Program-made: the position numbers and the translations under genes
Shown here: piece by piece, positions 12,001 to 23,671 of the stretch
Layout of the letters: each line of letters begins with the position of its first letter
Numbering within the stretch: position 1 is the first letter of the stretch
The notes under the pieces: generated by a model
What the model was told of the DNA's origin: nothing
Database searches by the model: none
What the model saw: only the letters and a program-made list of their open reading frames with translations
Assembly: GCA_950097015.1 (NCBI GenBank)
Contig: CATNEN010000007.1
Location: 10,168,001 to 10,232,000 of the forward strand
Source of the DNA: Macrostomum hystrix
Lineage: Eukaryota > Animalia > Platyhelminthes
DNA length: 64,000 bases
Direction: 5' to 3'

Positions 12001-14567
12001 GGCGGGGATAAATCCCTGATTCGATGCAGTTGCAGCCAGCGGGTTGTTGTTGTGCTGCTGTGGAACACAAGTGGCCCGCAGCTCAAGTGTTTTTGAGCGC
12101 GTGAGTTTCGTGCCGAAAAATTTTTCGCTTCTCTATTCAAGTCCAACCCTCGAAATCCCACACCTGCTCAGAGCTGCAGTCTGTGCTCAGCCGCATCAAG
12201 TCCGCTGCCGCGCCCCACCTGGCTCCTATGCAAGCTCCGCCGCTGACTTCAGACGTAGACGAAACGGCCGCCTTCAACGACGTCAGCTCAGAGGCTGACG
12301 CAGCCGCCGGTCGCGCCTTTCAACGAGACGCCGCCGGCATCGGCTGCTGCAGCGTCCTCGGCGTTGACAGCTGCATCGCTGCCGTGGCCGCCGCTTCCGC
12401 TGCCGCCGCTGCCGCAGAGGCTGCCGCCTCTGACACGCCGATCAACAACCTCGGTGAGGCTTCTCCTGCCGGTCAGGACTTTGACGACGACGATGAAGAC
12501 GATGTCGAAGTTGCCAATGAAGACGGCAACTTTGCCGCCTTGCCAGCGGTGTCGACGATGTCAGGAGTTGCCGCACTCGACGGGCCGATCGACCTCCGCG
12601 TTGGAGCCGCCACAGTCGCTTCTGTCACTTTTGAAGAAAAGGCTTGTCAGCCGGCAACGGAGCCAGACGTTTCTCTGGAAGACGTTGCAGAGGACGAGCT
12701 TCTGGAGGAAAAGCAGCAACAGCAACAGCAGCAACAGGAGGAGGAAGACGGCCTTCAGACAGACATTACTGTGCCGGAGTACACAGCTGTGAAGAGGTGA
12801 GAATTTTTTAATGCGAAGTAGCGATGAAAATAACGATGACAAAGTAACGAAAAAGTGAAAGAAGCTAAATCTGAAAAAGTAACGAGATTAGAAAAATTCA
12901 ATCCCAAATCGGTAAACCAAACCCCAGCTACTCCAGCCACCGCAGGGAGAAGGAGCTGCTGCACTGCCCCACCCCGGGCTGCGATGGCTCCGGCCACGTG
13001 CTGGGCAGCTACTCTAGCCACCGCTCACTGTCCGGCTGTCCCCGGGCCGACCGTAGCCTCGTGCTCCTTCACCACGTCGAGCAGAAGTGCCCGACGCCCG
13101 GCTGCGACGGCTCCGGCCACGCCACGGGCAACTACAGCTCGCACCGCTCCCTGTCCGGCTGTCCACGGGCCCGCGGGGCCAAGCGGAGCGCCGCTGCCGC
13201 CGCGGCCAACGCCGCCTCTGCCGCCAGCGCTGGCAACCGCAGCTCCACCGCCGCCTCGGCTGGGGCGCCTGGCGACAACGAGAGGTGAGTCTCCGTGAGG
13301 GAAAGTTTGGGATTTTTTAGTTGAAGAGAGAGAGGAAATTCTGTATGGGATTAAAAATGGGAGTGATATGGGCTGGAATGAGTCATAGGTATAATCGAAT
13401 GGCGCTTTGGGACAGATGGGGAAGTTTGAGCCAAGGTTAGAGAGACGAAAATGATTTCTTTATTCAGACTGAGCATCACTTGAGTACCTAGACGAGCTCT
13501 TAGCACCTGAGCACAGAGCTCTGTGCTCTAGATGCTCTGTGAAGCAACAAGCGATAGCCAAACACATACTACTCATACGGCAGATGAGTAGCACTTTAGG
13601 GATGGACAATAAACACAAATTTGACTCCAACCCAACCCGCAGAGCTTCCCAGTCTCCATCGGGCAGCGAGCTGAGCGTCAAGAAGGCCCGCTCCGAGCCG
13701 CACAGCCCGCCGATGCCGCTACCGCCGCCGCCGCCGCAGCAGCAGCAGCCCGAGCCTGCTTCACCGACGCCTCCGCCAATGCAGTCGCTGCCGCCAACAA
13801 CTATACAAGCTGCCAATCAACGCTTCATCAGCAGCGGCCTTCGGGTGCCGCAGATGCCACAGATGCAGCAGCAGCAGCATCCTCCACCTCCGATGCCGGC
13901 TCCGCCTGCGCCGCAGCCGCTGCCTCAGCGCCTCGCGGAGTCGCCCGAAGCGGAGCGCAGGCGATCGCTGTGTGAGCAGAACGTGGCGGTGCAGGACCAC
14001 ATCATGCGCATGCAGGCGGCCTACCTGGCCTCGGCTGCCGAGATCCAGCTGCTGGAGGAGCGCCACCAGATGATGTCTCACCATATCCACCTGCTTCGCG
14101 CGGCCATGATGGAGTACAGCGCCTTCGGCCACTCGACCGCCGCTGCCGCCGCTGCGGCCGCAGCAGCCGCTGTGTCAATGCCGCAGCAGCTCCAGCTTCC
14201 GCCGCCGCCGCAGCCCCCGCCACTGCCAACAGCCTTACCTCCACTGGCTGCCGCTGCTGCAGCTGCCGCGGCCGCCGCAGCCGCAGCGTCGGTTGCCAAC
14301 TCCGGCGAAGGTCGCAGCAACAGCGGTGGATCGAGCAGCGGGTCGAGCTCCTCTCCGCGGCCTCCAGGAGCCGTCCTCAGCCTCGACAAGATCCTCAACG
14401 GATCTGCGATGCCGCAGCCGCCACCGCAGATTCCGCTGCAGCACCTGCAGCCGCACCGACTGATTGGCAAGGACTTCGCCTCAGTGGCAACGTCATTCAC
14501 CGGCCCCTTCGTGCTGGCGCCCTTCCTGCCACCCGGACTCGGCGGTGGTGGAATCGGCGGCATCTAG
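100..14567 (+). CDS. MYT1: Myt1/NZF/ST18-family C2HC zinc-finger transcription factor, spliced, about 806 aa
   Basis: Phase-compatible GT-AG exons: 100-170, 353-654, 3132-3222, 11647-11714, 12172-12796, 12946-13284, 13643-14567 (2421 nt). Three C2HC fingers of the CPxPxCDGSGH...HRSLSGCP type and a C-terminal coiled-coil-like segment. The first two exons are less certain. Confidence 0.85.
353..654 (+). CDS. Myt1-like exon 2 (acidic, low complexity)
   Basis: ctgcAG acceptor at 351-352, open frame (ORF 360..668), GTGAGT donor at 655. Its phase 1 end matches the exon at 3132. Confidence 0.65.
655..1366. repeat. 22-bp minisatellite GAGTGTGTCTGTGAATGGAGGC
   Basis: About 32 tandem units starting at the splice donor. 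Confidence 0.95.
3132..3222 (+). CDS. Myt1-like exon 3, N-terminal part of zinc finger 1
   Basis: Encodes [30 protein letters not shown](S). ttgcAG acceptor and GTGAGC donor. Not in the ORF track. Confidence 0.85.
4597..4936. repeat. ~58-bp tandem repeat x~6
   Basis: CAGGGGGGAGATTCTTCCCACAGTTGTCAGAGGGGATRTCTGAAGCTGGGGGCGAACC units. Confidence 0.92.
5330..6588. repeat. 12-14-bp CT-rich minisatellite TCTACCTCTCTTAC
   Basis: Long pyrimidine-rich tandem array. Confidence 0.95.
7890..8630. repeat. ~19-bp minisatellite AAAGTGTGAATGGATGTGA
   Basis: Tandem units with a ~187-bp higher-order period. Confidence 0.93.
10711..10925. promoter_or_regulatory. 46-bp tandem repeat x5, each unit carrying an RFX X-box-like site
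   Basis: GTTGCCATGGCAAC (10727), GTTGCCACGGCAAC (10773, 10819, 10865), GTTGTCATGGCAAG (10911). Confidence 0.55.
11647..11714 (+). CDS. Myt1-like exon 4, end of zinc finger 1
   Basis: CTAAC branch site, pyrimidine tract and cgcAG acceptor. Encodes (S)[28 protein letters not shown] donor. Confidence 0.85.
12172..12796 (+). CDS. Myt1-like exon 5 (acidic, Ala/Gln-rich)
   Basis: ORF 12183..12800, ctcAG acceptor (phase 1), GTGAGA donor (phase 2). Confidence 0.8.
12946..13284 (+). CDS. Myt1-like exon 6, zinc fingers 2 and 3
   Basis: Encodes [26 protein letters not shown] and [26 protein letters not shown]. Confidence 0.93.
13643..14567 (+). CDS. Myt1-like terminal exon (Pro/Gln/Ala-rich plus coiled-coil)
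   Basis: cgcAG acceptor in phase 2, in frame with ORF 13539..14567, ends at TAG. Confidence 0.85.
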
Positions 14568-14916
14568 AAATCACTGTGACACCCGGACACTTAATTTCAT
14601 TCACCAGCACCGGATCTATATTGTGTGGGCGTTTCCTTGTGTTCACAATCCTGTCCTTTTGTCTGCAATAAGTTTTCCTTATTCAATTTGTTGTTTCGTG
14701 CTGTTTGTACGCTTTGCACAGACATTTACTATTTAGCAATTAACCATCGGCCCGCCTCGATTGCTCGCGCGAGTCCCGCCTATCCCTATAGTATTTGCCC
14801 ATTGTTATCTTATCCTCACTTTCCTGACATTCGATATCCACCGGCTACTGCAGAGCTTCTTGTAAAATCTCCATCAGCATTCACTGAGTCCTGTGACTGA
14901 GTCCACTATCTGCATG

Positions 14917-15371
14917 CGTGTCCACTGCCTCCATCTGCGTGCCTGCCTGTCCACTGCCTACATCTGCGTGCCTGCCTGTCCACTGCCTCCATCTGCGTGC
15001 CTGCCTGTCTACTGCCTCCATCTGCGTGCCTGCCTGTCTACTGCCTCCATCTGCGTGCCTGCCTGTCCACTGCCTCCATCTGCGTGCCTGCCTGTCCACT
15101 GCCTCCATCTGCGTGCCTGCCTGTCCACTGCCTCCATCTGCGTGCCTGCCTGTCCACTGCCTCCATCTGCGTGCCTGCCTGTCCACTGCCTCCATCTGCG
15201 TGCCTGCCTGTCCACTGCCTCCATCTGCGTGCCTGCCTGTCCACTGCCTCCATCTGCGTGCCTGCCTGTCCACTGCCTCCATCTGCGTGCCTGCCTGTCC
15301 ACTGCCTCCATCTGCGTGCCTGCCTGTCCACTGCCTCCATCTGCGTGCCTGCCTGTCCACTGCCTCCATCT
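14917..15371. repeat. 29-bp minisatellite TGTCCACTGCCTCCATCTGCGTGCCTGCC
   Basis: About 15 near-perfect units. Confidence 0.95.
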
Positions 15372-15821
15372 CGCTGCCTATTTTGTCGATAACCTTGCGT
15401 GCACCTGTCCACCGCAGTAGAGTACCTGTCCAACTGCAGTGCCCCTGTCTGTCTATCAGTCAGGCTATTCTGACTAGCCGGACAGGATCAGCGCGTCTGC
15501 CATCAGCCTGGAGTTCCGCAGCCAGACCTTCTAGGAACCGAATGTCAAAATTTGTTTTAGAGATTTTTCTGATAAACAAAGAGTTGCCCCTTTGGCCTCT
15601 GTCACAACTGAGAAGTGATTTTACCTGAGCACTATTTCTTTTTCAAAATGCAGGTCAGCGAAATACATATGAGGCTTGAGCACTGTCTTAATAATTCAAA
15701 CAATGTAAATTCAAATGAACAAACTGACTGTCATTTACTAATTTCCCCCCATGTTCCCCCATTTCCCCCCATTTTCCCCCATTTCCCCCCATTTTTTTCA
15801 ACGGCAAGCTGAAGATAAAGC

Positions 15822-16274
15822 TGGAAGGAAGGCGGGCTGCAGATTGGAAGGAAGGCGGGCTGCAGATTGGTAGAAAGGCGGGCTGCAGATTGGAAGGAAG
15901 GAAGGCGGGCTGCAGATTGGAAGGAAGGAAGGCGGGCTGCAGATTGGAAGGAAGGATGGCGGGCTGCAGATTGGAAGGATGGCGGGCTGCATATTGGAAG
16001 GAAGGGGGCTGCAGATTGGAAGAAAGGCGGGCTGCAGATTGGAAGGAAGGAAGGCTGCAGATTGGAAGGAAGGAAGGCTGCAGATTGGAAGGATGGCGGG
16101 CTGCAGATTGGAAGGATGGCGGTCTGCAGATTGGAAGGATGGCGGGCTGCAGATTGGAAGGATAGCGGGCTGCAGATTGGAAGGATGGCGGGCTGCAGAT
16201 TGGAAGGAAGGCGGGCTGCAGATTGGAAGGATGGCGGGCTGCAGATTGGAAGGAAGGAATGCGGGCTGCAGATT
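15822..16274. repeat. ~23-bp minisatellite GGCGGGCTGCAGATTGGAAGGAW
   Basis: Tandem units. Confidence 0.92.
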
Positions 16275-17417
16275 CTATCGGGCGGATTTCATTTCCAAAT
16301 CTGCAAATTCTGATCACTCTACTGAATAGCGGTGGTCAGTAGTATCAAGCGCACAGGCTAGTATGAAACTGAGCAAGCTGGCAGGCTGCCAATGCTGTCA
16401 GTGGGCTGTCTGAGTCCCACAATTATCCCCATCTTTTATCTGCCTAACTCCGCAGCCTCTGCAGAGGAAGAAGGATGTCTTTGCTATCTTCAAAGTGGCG
16501 CTCGCGGCTCCCGGGCAGTGAGTTGCCGCCCGCCACTTCTCGGCTTTCTTTCTTTGATCCCCTGCAGCTCATCCGCGACTTCCCGTTTCGTTCCCCTGTC
16601 TGCTAAGAGAACGGCGGAAAATTAGTGAAGATGTCTGGAGATGATGCCGCTGCTCTGCCTCAGAGCAGGCTGCGGTGCATTGTGCCAACTGCCGCTTTGC
16701 GGTGCAAAGTCAGGAAGGGGTGAGGAGGCGGGAGTCGTGTGCGAGGATAGGAAATGAAGCTACTGGGATAAGTTTAGCCTCTGAGGCAAGTCAGTGGGAG
16801 AACAGAGCTAATGGGATATTTCACAATTTCTAAAATTGTCTGCTTTAAAAGAGTTGCAATTTTAAAAAGACATTTTTGGGATGTGGAAAGCTGCTCCTGA
16901 GGCAAATCGGGCCTCACAATGCAGACGAGAATCCCAAGTTTTTTAAGGAAAATCTCCTAAAATCCCACATGAATGGGATTGAGCTGACAAAGAGACGTTT
17001 CAATGAAATCGGTAAAGGTCAGCGACAAAAGCAGAAACCACGTTCTCTAACACTGAATCCGGATTAAGAAATCCCGCATAAAAAGGCTTTCCACTTTTGT
17101 AGTGGGATTAAAAAAGAGGCTTGGGGATTTGGGCTTCTGCCGCCACCCGGCACTCAGTTCTCGAATATTTTCAACAGAAAAGCGAAAGAAGATCAGACAA
17201 AACGGCTTTGGCTGTCGTCCATGTGAATGATTTCTTGGCTATTTGGCTAGTGGCACAAGTCAATGACGATTGAAGCCTGTATTTGCTTGACTATGAAAAC
17301 GTGGGCACTTAAAAAAATTAAGGAATTTAAATTTATGAACGAAACAACAGCAGCTCGAAGCTAAGGCGCAAGTTAGGAACTCATTCAGCATCAAATATGC
17401 TGACCGCTTAATCAACG

Positions 17418-17870
17418 TCCGTTACAATCACTTCCGTTAAAATCACTTCCGTTACAATCACTTCCGTTACAATCACTTCCGTTAAAATCACTTCCGTTAC
17501 AATCACTTCCGTTAAAATCACTTCCGTTAAAATCACTTTGGTTACTTTGCATGCCTCTTAGTTTATAACCTCTCTTCACAATCATCTCCGTTAGAAAAAA
17601 CGTCCGTTACTTTTATATCCTCCACTGTACTTCTATTAATTCAGATGAAATCACTCCCTTCACAATCAATTTGCAAGCAATGTTCTTTTTAAACCCATCG
17701 TCTCATCCTCAATTGGAAACCACATCTGTTAGAATCAATGCCGTTACAATCACATCCGTTACAATCACTTCCGTTAAAGTTAACTCATTTAAAATAAACT
17801 CCATTACAGTCACTTCCGTTAAAATCACTTCCGTAACGACATTGCGATAGAATTACATTACAACCACTTC
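17418..17870. repeat. 15-bp repeat CGTTACAATCACTTC, tandem plus degenerate copies
   Basis: Tandem at 17418-17538 with dispersed copies to about 17870. Confidence 0.75.
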
Positions 17871-18104
17871 CTTTAAATACGGTAGCCAAATTACTGTTGT
17901 TATAGTTAACTGCACAGCTCACACCCGTTTGGAATGATTGAAAATTATTTAAGCACCTTCTTTGAAGAAAATTTGACTGCAAATAAAATTTCACAGCCTC
18001 AATTTGGAGCAGACACTAGTTAGTGCGAACTAAAAATACACAATGAGGAGACAGGACGACAGGTCATGATTCACAGCCGAAAATTTCGAGCAATGGACAA
18101 ACAA

Positions 18105-18346
18105 TGGAACCTACTCAGTGGACTGGGAACCTACTCAGTGGACTGGGAACCTACTCAGTGGACTGGGAACCTACTCAGTGGACTGGGAACCTACTCAGTG
18201 GACTGAGAACCTACTCAGTGGACTGGTTACCTAGTAGTCAGTAGACTGGTTACCTAGTGGTCAGTGGACTGTTTACCTAGTAGTCAGTAGACTGGTTACC
18301 TAGTAGTCAGTGGACTGGTTACCTAGTAGTCAGTGGACTGGGAACA
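18105..18346. repeat. 20/23-bp repeats CTACTCAGTGGACTGGGAAC
   Basis: Tandem units just past the LRRK stop codon. Confidence 0.85.
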
Positions 18347-18369
18347 ACCATTCAGTTGGTATATCGCGG

Positions 18370-18941
18370 TCAGTTCTCAAACAGCTTCTCAAAGCTCGCC
18401 CTGACTTTGTCGTCTTGAAAGCGCCATTGGCTCCAGCAGCCGAGGTCACGCTGGACCTCGTTGACAACAACAATCGAAGCCGAGCCGCCAGTGTTTGAGT
18501 CGGCCACCAGCAGCCGGCTGATGCAGCCGAGGCCAGCGGGCAACTGGCCGCAGTCAGGATTGGCCACCGTCCAGACGCGGCCGGAATGAGGCCCAGCGAC
18601 GGCGAGGCCAACTAAATCGCCAACGGAGCGGCCAATCAGCAGAAGGCCGATGTTGGATTCGAAGCCCAGCTGGCTGACCGTCGGCGGACAGTCGAGCTGT
18701 CGACGCCAAGTCGACGACAGAGACGCCGTCGCGGACGCTGACGAATACTCAAATTCGGCAGCAGCGGCGAGGTCGCAGGCGAGGCTGTCGCCGATGCTGG
18801 GCTGCCCGGCCAGGTTGAAGGCGCGGACGAAGCGCAGCTCGGCGGTGTCAAACTCGCGCACTATGGAGCCGCCGCGGAATGACAGGAACAGGTGGCGGCC
18901 GGCGGCGTCCGAGATCAGGCATTCGACCTCCCCGGACAACT
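18370..18941 (-). CDS. LRRK-like terminal exon 22 (WD40-like plus C-terminal helix)
   Basis: cgcAG acceptor in phase 1. Ends KVRASFEKLFEN*. Confidence 0.7.
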
Positions 18942-21900
18942 CTGCGGGGAGATGGCGATGGAATTGCTCAATGTTAATGCACCTGCACCTGTGCACACAC
19001 ACCTGCACCTGTGCACACACACCTGCACCTGTGCACACACACACCTGCACCTGTGCACACACACATCGGCACCTGTGCACACACACACCTGCACCTGTGC
19101 ACCCACACCTGCACCTGTGCACACACACATCGGCACCTGTGCACACACACCTGCACCTGTGCACACACACCTGCACCTGTGCACACACACACCTGCACCT
19201 GTGCACACACACATCGGCACCTGTGCACACACACACCTGCACCTGTGCACCCACACCTGCACCTGTGCACACACACATCGGCACCTGTGCACACACACAC
19301 CTGCACCTGTGCACCCACACCTGCACCTGTGCACACACACATCGGCACCTGTGCACACACACACCTGCACCTGTGCACACACACCTGCACCTGTGCACAC
19401 ACACACCTGCACCTGTGCACACACACACCTGCACCTGTGCACACACACATCGGCACCTGTGCACACACACACCTGCACCTGTGCACACACACATCGGCAC
19501 CTGTGCACACACACACCTGCACCTGTGCACACACACCTGCACCTGTGCACACACACACCTGCACCTGTGCACACACACACCTGCACCTGTGCACACACAC
19601 ACCTGCACCTGTGCACACACACACCTGCACCTGTGCACACACACACCTGCACCTGTGCACACACACACCTGCACCTGTGCACACACACACCTGCACCTGT
19701 GCACACACACACCTGCACCTGTGCACACACACACCTGCACCTGTTCACACACGTGTCCAGCTTGAGCCTCACCGTCAGGCACTGGCTGCATGCAGAGGGT
19801 CTCCTTGTCCACGGCGATGAGGTGGGAGCCGTAGCGCCTGTGGCTGGCGGCGGTCCCGCCAGAAGTCGGCGTCTCCAGCTGCCTGCGCACTGCGAACCAG
19901 TCAGCGGTCGGACAGAACGCCACGGCGCTGACCTGATGCTCCTCGGCCAGCAGGCGAATCTCGTGACGCATCTGGCAGACGGTGGAGCCGGACAGGCTGA
20001 GCAGCTGCGGGTTGGCGAAGCCGGTGAACAGCAGGAGGCTCTGGTGGGCGACCACGGTCAGGCGGTCCCGGGCCGAGTCGTAGAACAGGGCGCTCTCCAC
20101 CGGGCTGGGCTTGAAGGTCAGCGGCAGCTCTCGCAGTACATGAAAGCCGTCCGGCCGGCCGTCCAGGTAGGAGCAGATCTGCAGCTGCGGCCGGCCGCCC
20201 GCCGTGTCAAACCAGGTGAACAGGCAGTAGACTGAGCGAGCTCGCCGCATGCTCAGCACTGGCGGCCCGGCACAGAAGGTTGGCGCCTGGCGCCACCAGC
20301 CGGTGTCGAGGTCCACGATGGCGAACTGGCGACTCTGCTGACGACCGATTGTGGCTGAGGCCGCGGCCGAGGCTGACAACTGCTTCCAGAGGAATAGCAC
20401 CTGCACGGAGGACTCCAGCAGCTGCGGGTGGGTTCGAATCAGGAGTGGATGAGATTAGCTTGATGGGATTTCAGTTGGGATCTCAAAGCTGTCAGTTGGG
20501 GATCTCAAAACTGTCAATTGGGATCTCAAAGCTGTCAGTTGGGATCTCAAAGCTGTCAGTTGGGGATCTCAAAACTGTCAGTTGGGATCTTAAAGCTGTC
20601 AGTTGGGGATCTCAAAGCTGTCAGTTGGGGATCTCAAAGCTGTCAGTTGGGATCTTAAAGTTGTCAGTTGGGATCTTAAAGCTGTCAGTTGGGATCTCAA
20701 AGCTGTCAGTTGGGGATATCAGAACTGTCAGGAGTAACTAAAAGAGTCTCGCCAACTCAGAAGCCGTTTATGGATCCTCAAAAACATTCGCACACATGAA
20801 TTAGAAGCCCACCAGTGACCATGAAAAAGTAGAATTAATCAGCCTACTAGCTTGCTAACATTAATTAACATTAATATGAGCCATGTGACCTGTTCAGCGC
20901 AGACCAAGCGAGAGCAAACCAAATCGCAGGCAGCGGGAAAACAGGAATAAGCTGAAAAAAACTGAATTCGCCAAAACGGCCAGCCAGACGAAAGACCATG
21001 GAGAGCCTCGAGACCCTGCCTCGAGGCTCTTAACGGTCCGCTGGGCCCGCAGCAAAGCAGAGCCACTCGCTGTCAGCGCCAACAGAGTCAACTAAAGGTG
21101 GAAAGTTTGGTCCCTTACACTCGTGAGAGAGGACGGACAGCTCTGGGGGGGACTGGTTGGAACCGCAGCCAACTCGACCGCATGCGGCCGAGGGCGGATG
21201 TTCGCCATTGTGCTGAAGCCCTTGCAGCGGACCCGAGTATCGTATTGCCGTATTGCGCGAGTGTGTCTGCGTGGAATTTTAAATGACTCATCATTGCCCT
21301 AGGCAAAGTTCAACAAGCTCTATGGGAAAGTTGAGTTCGGTTAGCAGCTCAGTTCTCAATCTCATATCTCCAGGCCATAAGCAAATTTGCTAAATTAGCT
21401 GCTTTAAAAAGACCAACTAATTCAGCCGAAATGGGAAGGCACCGGATTTTCAGGGCCGCATCCGCTTAACCCCGGGTGAAGCTATGGACAGAATGCGTCC
21501 CACAGCCGGTCACAAAATATAAATTTTTAGCTCGAGAGCGCAAAGCATTTGGAATTGAGTTCTAGGAAATGACAAATGTTTCAAAGCTCAGTTCAATACC
21601 TATATTCGCTTTAAAGAAAGCTAACTGACATAAGGGTTCATTATTCAACTGCTCCAAACACCAAGATCACAAGACTGAAATTAACACAGCACTAGCCTGC
21701 ACAGCCACTGCAGTTGAAACCAGGCGGTGGGTGTGGCGGCTCAGCTGGCCTCTAAAAGCAGAAGCAACGGTGCTTTAAGAGTTTAAACTGAAATTTGACG
21801 GCGGGTGGGGGTAGGTGGGTGGGTAGCTATACGCACAGAGGCCAGATGCGCTCTGGTTAACAAACAGTGACGGGCGGGTGAAACACGTCACAACAGTGAG

Positions 21901-23615
21901 CACAGGAAGAGTCGTTAGAATATAAACTCAAGATAAGAGAATGAATCAAGTGGATCGTAGCACTATCTCGGATAATTGTCGATAATTGTAAATTGTCATG
22001 GGAGAGTCTCGCAATGTCTCCCCCCCCAGTGACCGTCCCGACATTTGGTGTCGAATATCAGCATGCCACAGTGGCAAGGCAGGTGCACAGGGGAAATCGA
22101 GACACAGGGCCTGGCGGAATGGACCAACCCACTGGCTTACTACTTTGACGGGACACGTATTTTACCTGTTCAGACTCCGAGAGCAGCGCGAATTGAATGC
22201 ACTCTATAGCTAAGAGGATCGATGCGAGATCGGCTTTGAGTTGGGACCAGGGATTGCTAATGCTTGCGCAGCAAACGCTTAGTTGCAGAAATACTAGCCG
22301 ACACAGGGGGAACTTGAGTGCTAGAAACTGGATAGGGAAGGGACAGAAGCATGGAGACAACGGATGCGCACGGAGACTGGAAGTTGAGGGCGAGAGAAGA
22401 GGGGAGAAATGAGGATGGGAGGAGACGGAGGAGAGGGGAGAAATGAGGATGGGAGGAGACGGAGGAGAGGGGAGAAATGAGGATGGGAGGAGACGGAGGA
22501 GAGGGGAGAAATGAGGATGGGAGGAGACGGAGGAGAGGGGAGAAATGAGGATGGGAGGAGACGGAGGAGAGGGGAGAAATGAGGATGGGAGGAGACGGAG
22601 GAGAGGGGAGAAATGAGGATGGGAGGAGACGGAGGAGAGGGGAGAAATGAGGATGGGAGGAGACGGAGGAGAGGGGAGAAATGAGGATGGGAGGAGACGG
22701 ATGAGAGGGGAGAAATGAGGATGGGAGGAGACAGAAGAGAGGGGAGAAATGAGGATGGGAGGAGACAGAAGAGAGGGGAGAAATGAGGAAGGGAGGAGAC
22801 GGAAGAGGGGGGAGAAATGAGGATGGGAGGAGACAGAAGAGGGGGGAGAAATGAGGAAGGGAGGAGACGGAAGAGAGGGGAGAAATGAGGAAGGGAGGAG
22901 ACGGAAGAGAGGGGAGAAATGAGGATGGGAGGAGACGGAGGAGAGGGGAGAAATGAGGAAGCGAAGACAAGGAGAGACAAATTTGAGACAGCAAGCAACA
23001 GAGCCCCACCAGCTGTCAAGCCGGCCCCGTCCCTATTGTCCACCAGCTTGGCGGTGAGCCAAACGGTCGGTCAGCAAGAGAAGCTGAAATTTGTGAAAAG
23101 CAATACGCAGAAAACAGAAAGACGGTTCAAGGAGCAGCTATCGTTCACATCGAATGGAAGGAGATTAGGAAGCGGGTGGGTAGGGAGCAGCGAGCACAAG
23201 CACAGGATATGAATAAATGAATATGCTTATTTGTTATTTGTTGTTGATCGCCAGTCGCAGCAGAGGCAGAATTACACAAACATCCGATGCCAGCATGCCA
23301 GACAGGCGGGGGGTTGTTCGCCAGACAGCGAGTAACATCCGCCTCCCCGCTGCCCCCAAACCTTGAATAGTAACGGACTGAAAGCGATGAGGAGCTGCTC
23401 AGACGGTGGGGAGCTGGGGAGAGAGGAAGCAAGCAGTTAATTTGCATAAACAGGATCCGGGGTCTCGGCCTGACAGGCTAGTCTAAAATGGCCTCGCCTG
23501 GATGATGGATGAGCCACTATTGGCACCAAATCGTTCACCCCCCCCGGGACTGGGGTGCCGCCTCGGACCGGTTTGGCTTAGTTGTTCTGTGAGAACAAAC
23601 AGCCAGGCGAGCCCA

Positions 23616-23671
<56 letters not shown>

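Noticed and set aside
18370-20406. Single 678-aa Cys-rich standalone protein
   Set aside because: The Cys-rich middle is a repeat bounded by phase-matched GT-AG sites, and the ORF begins at an acceptor rather than an ATG.
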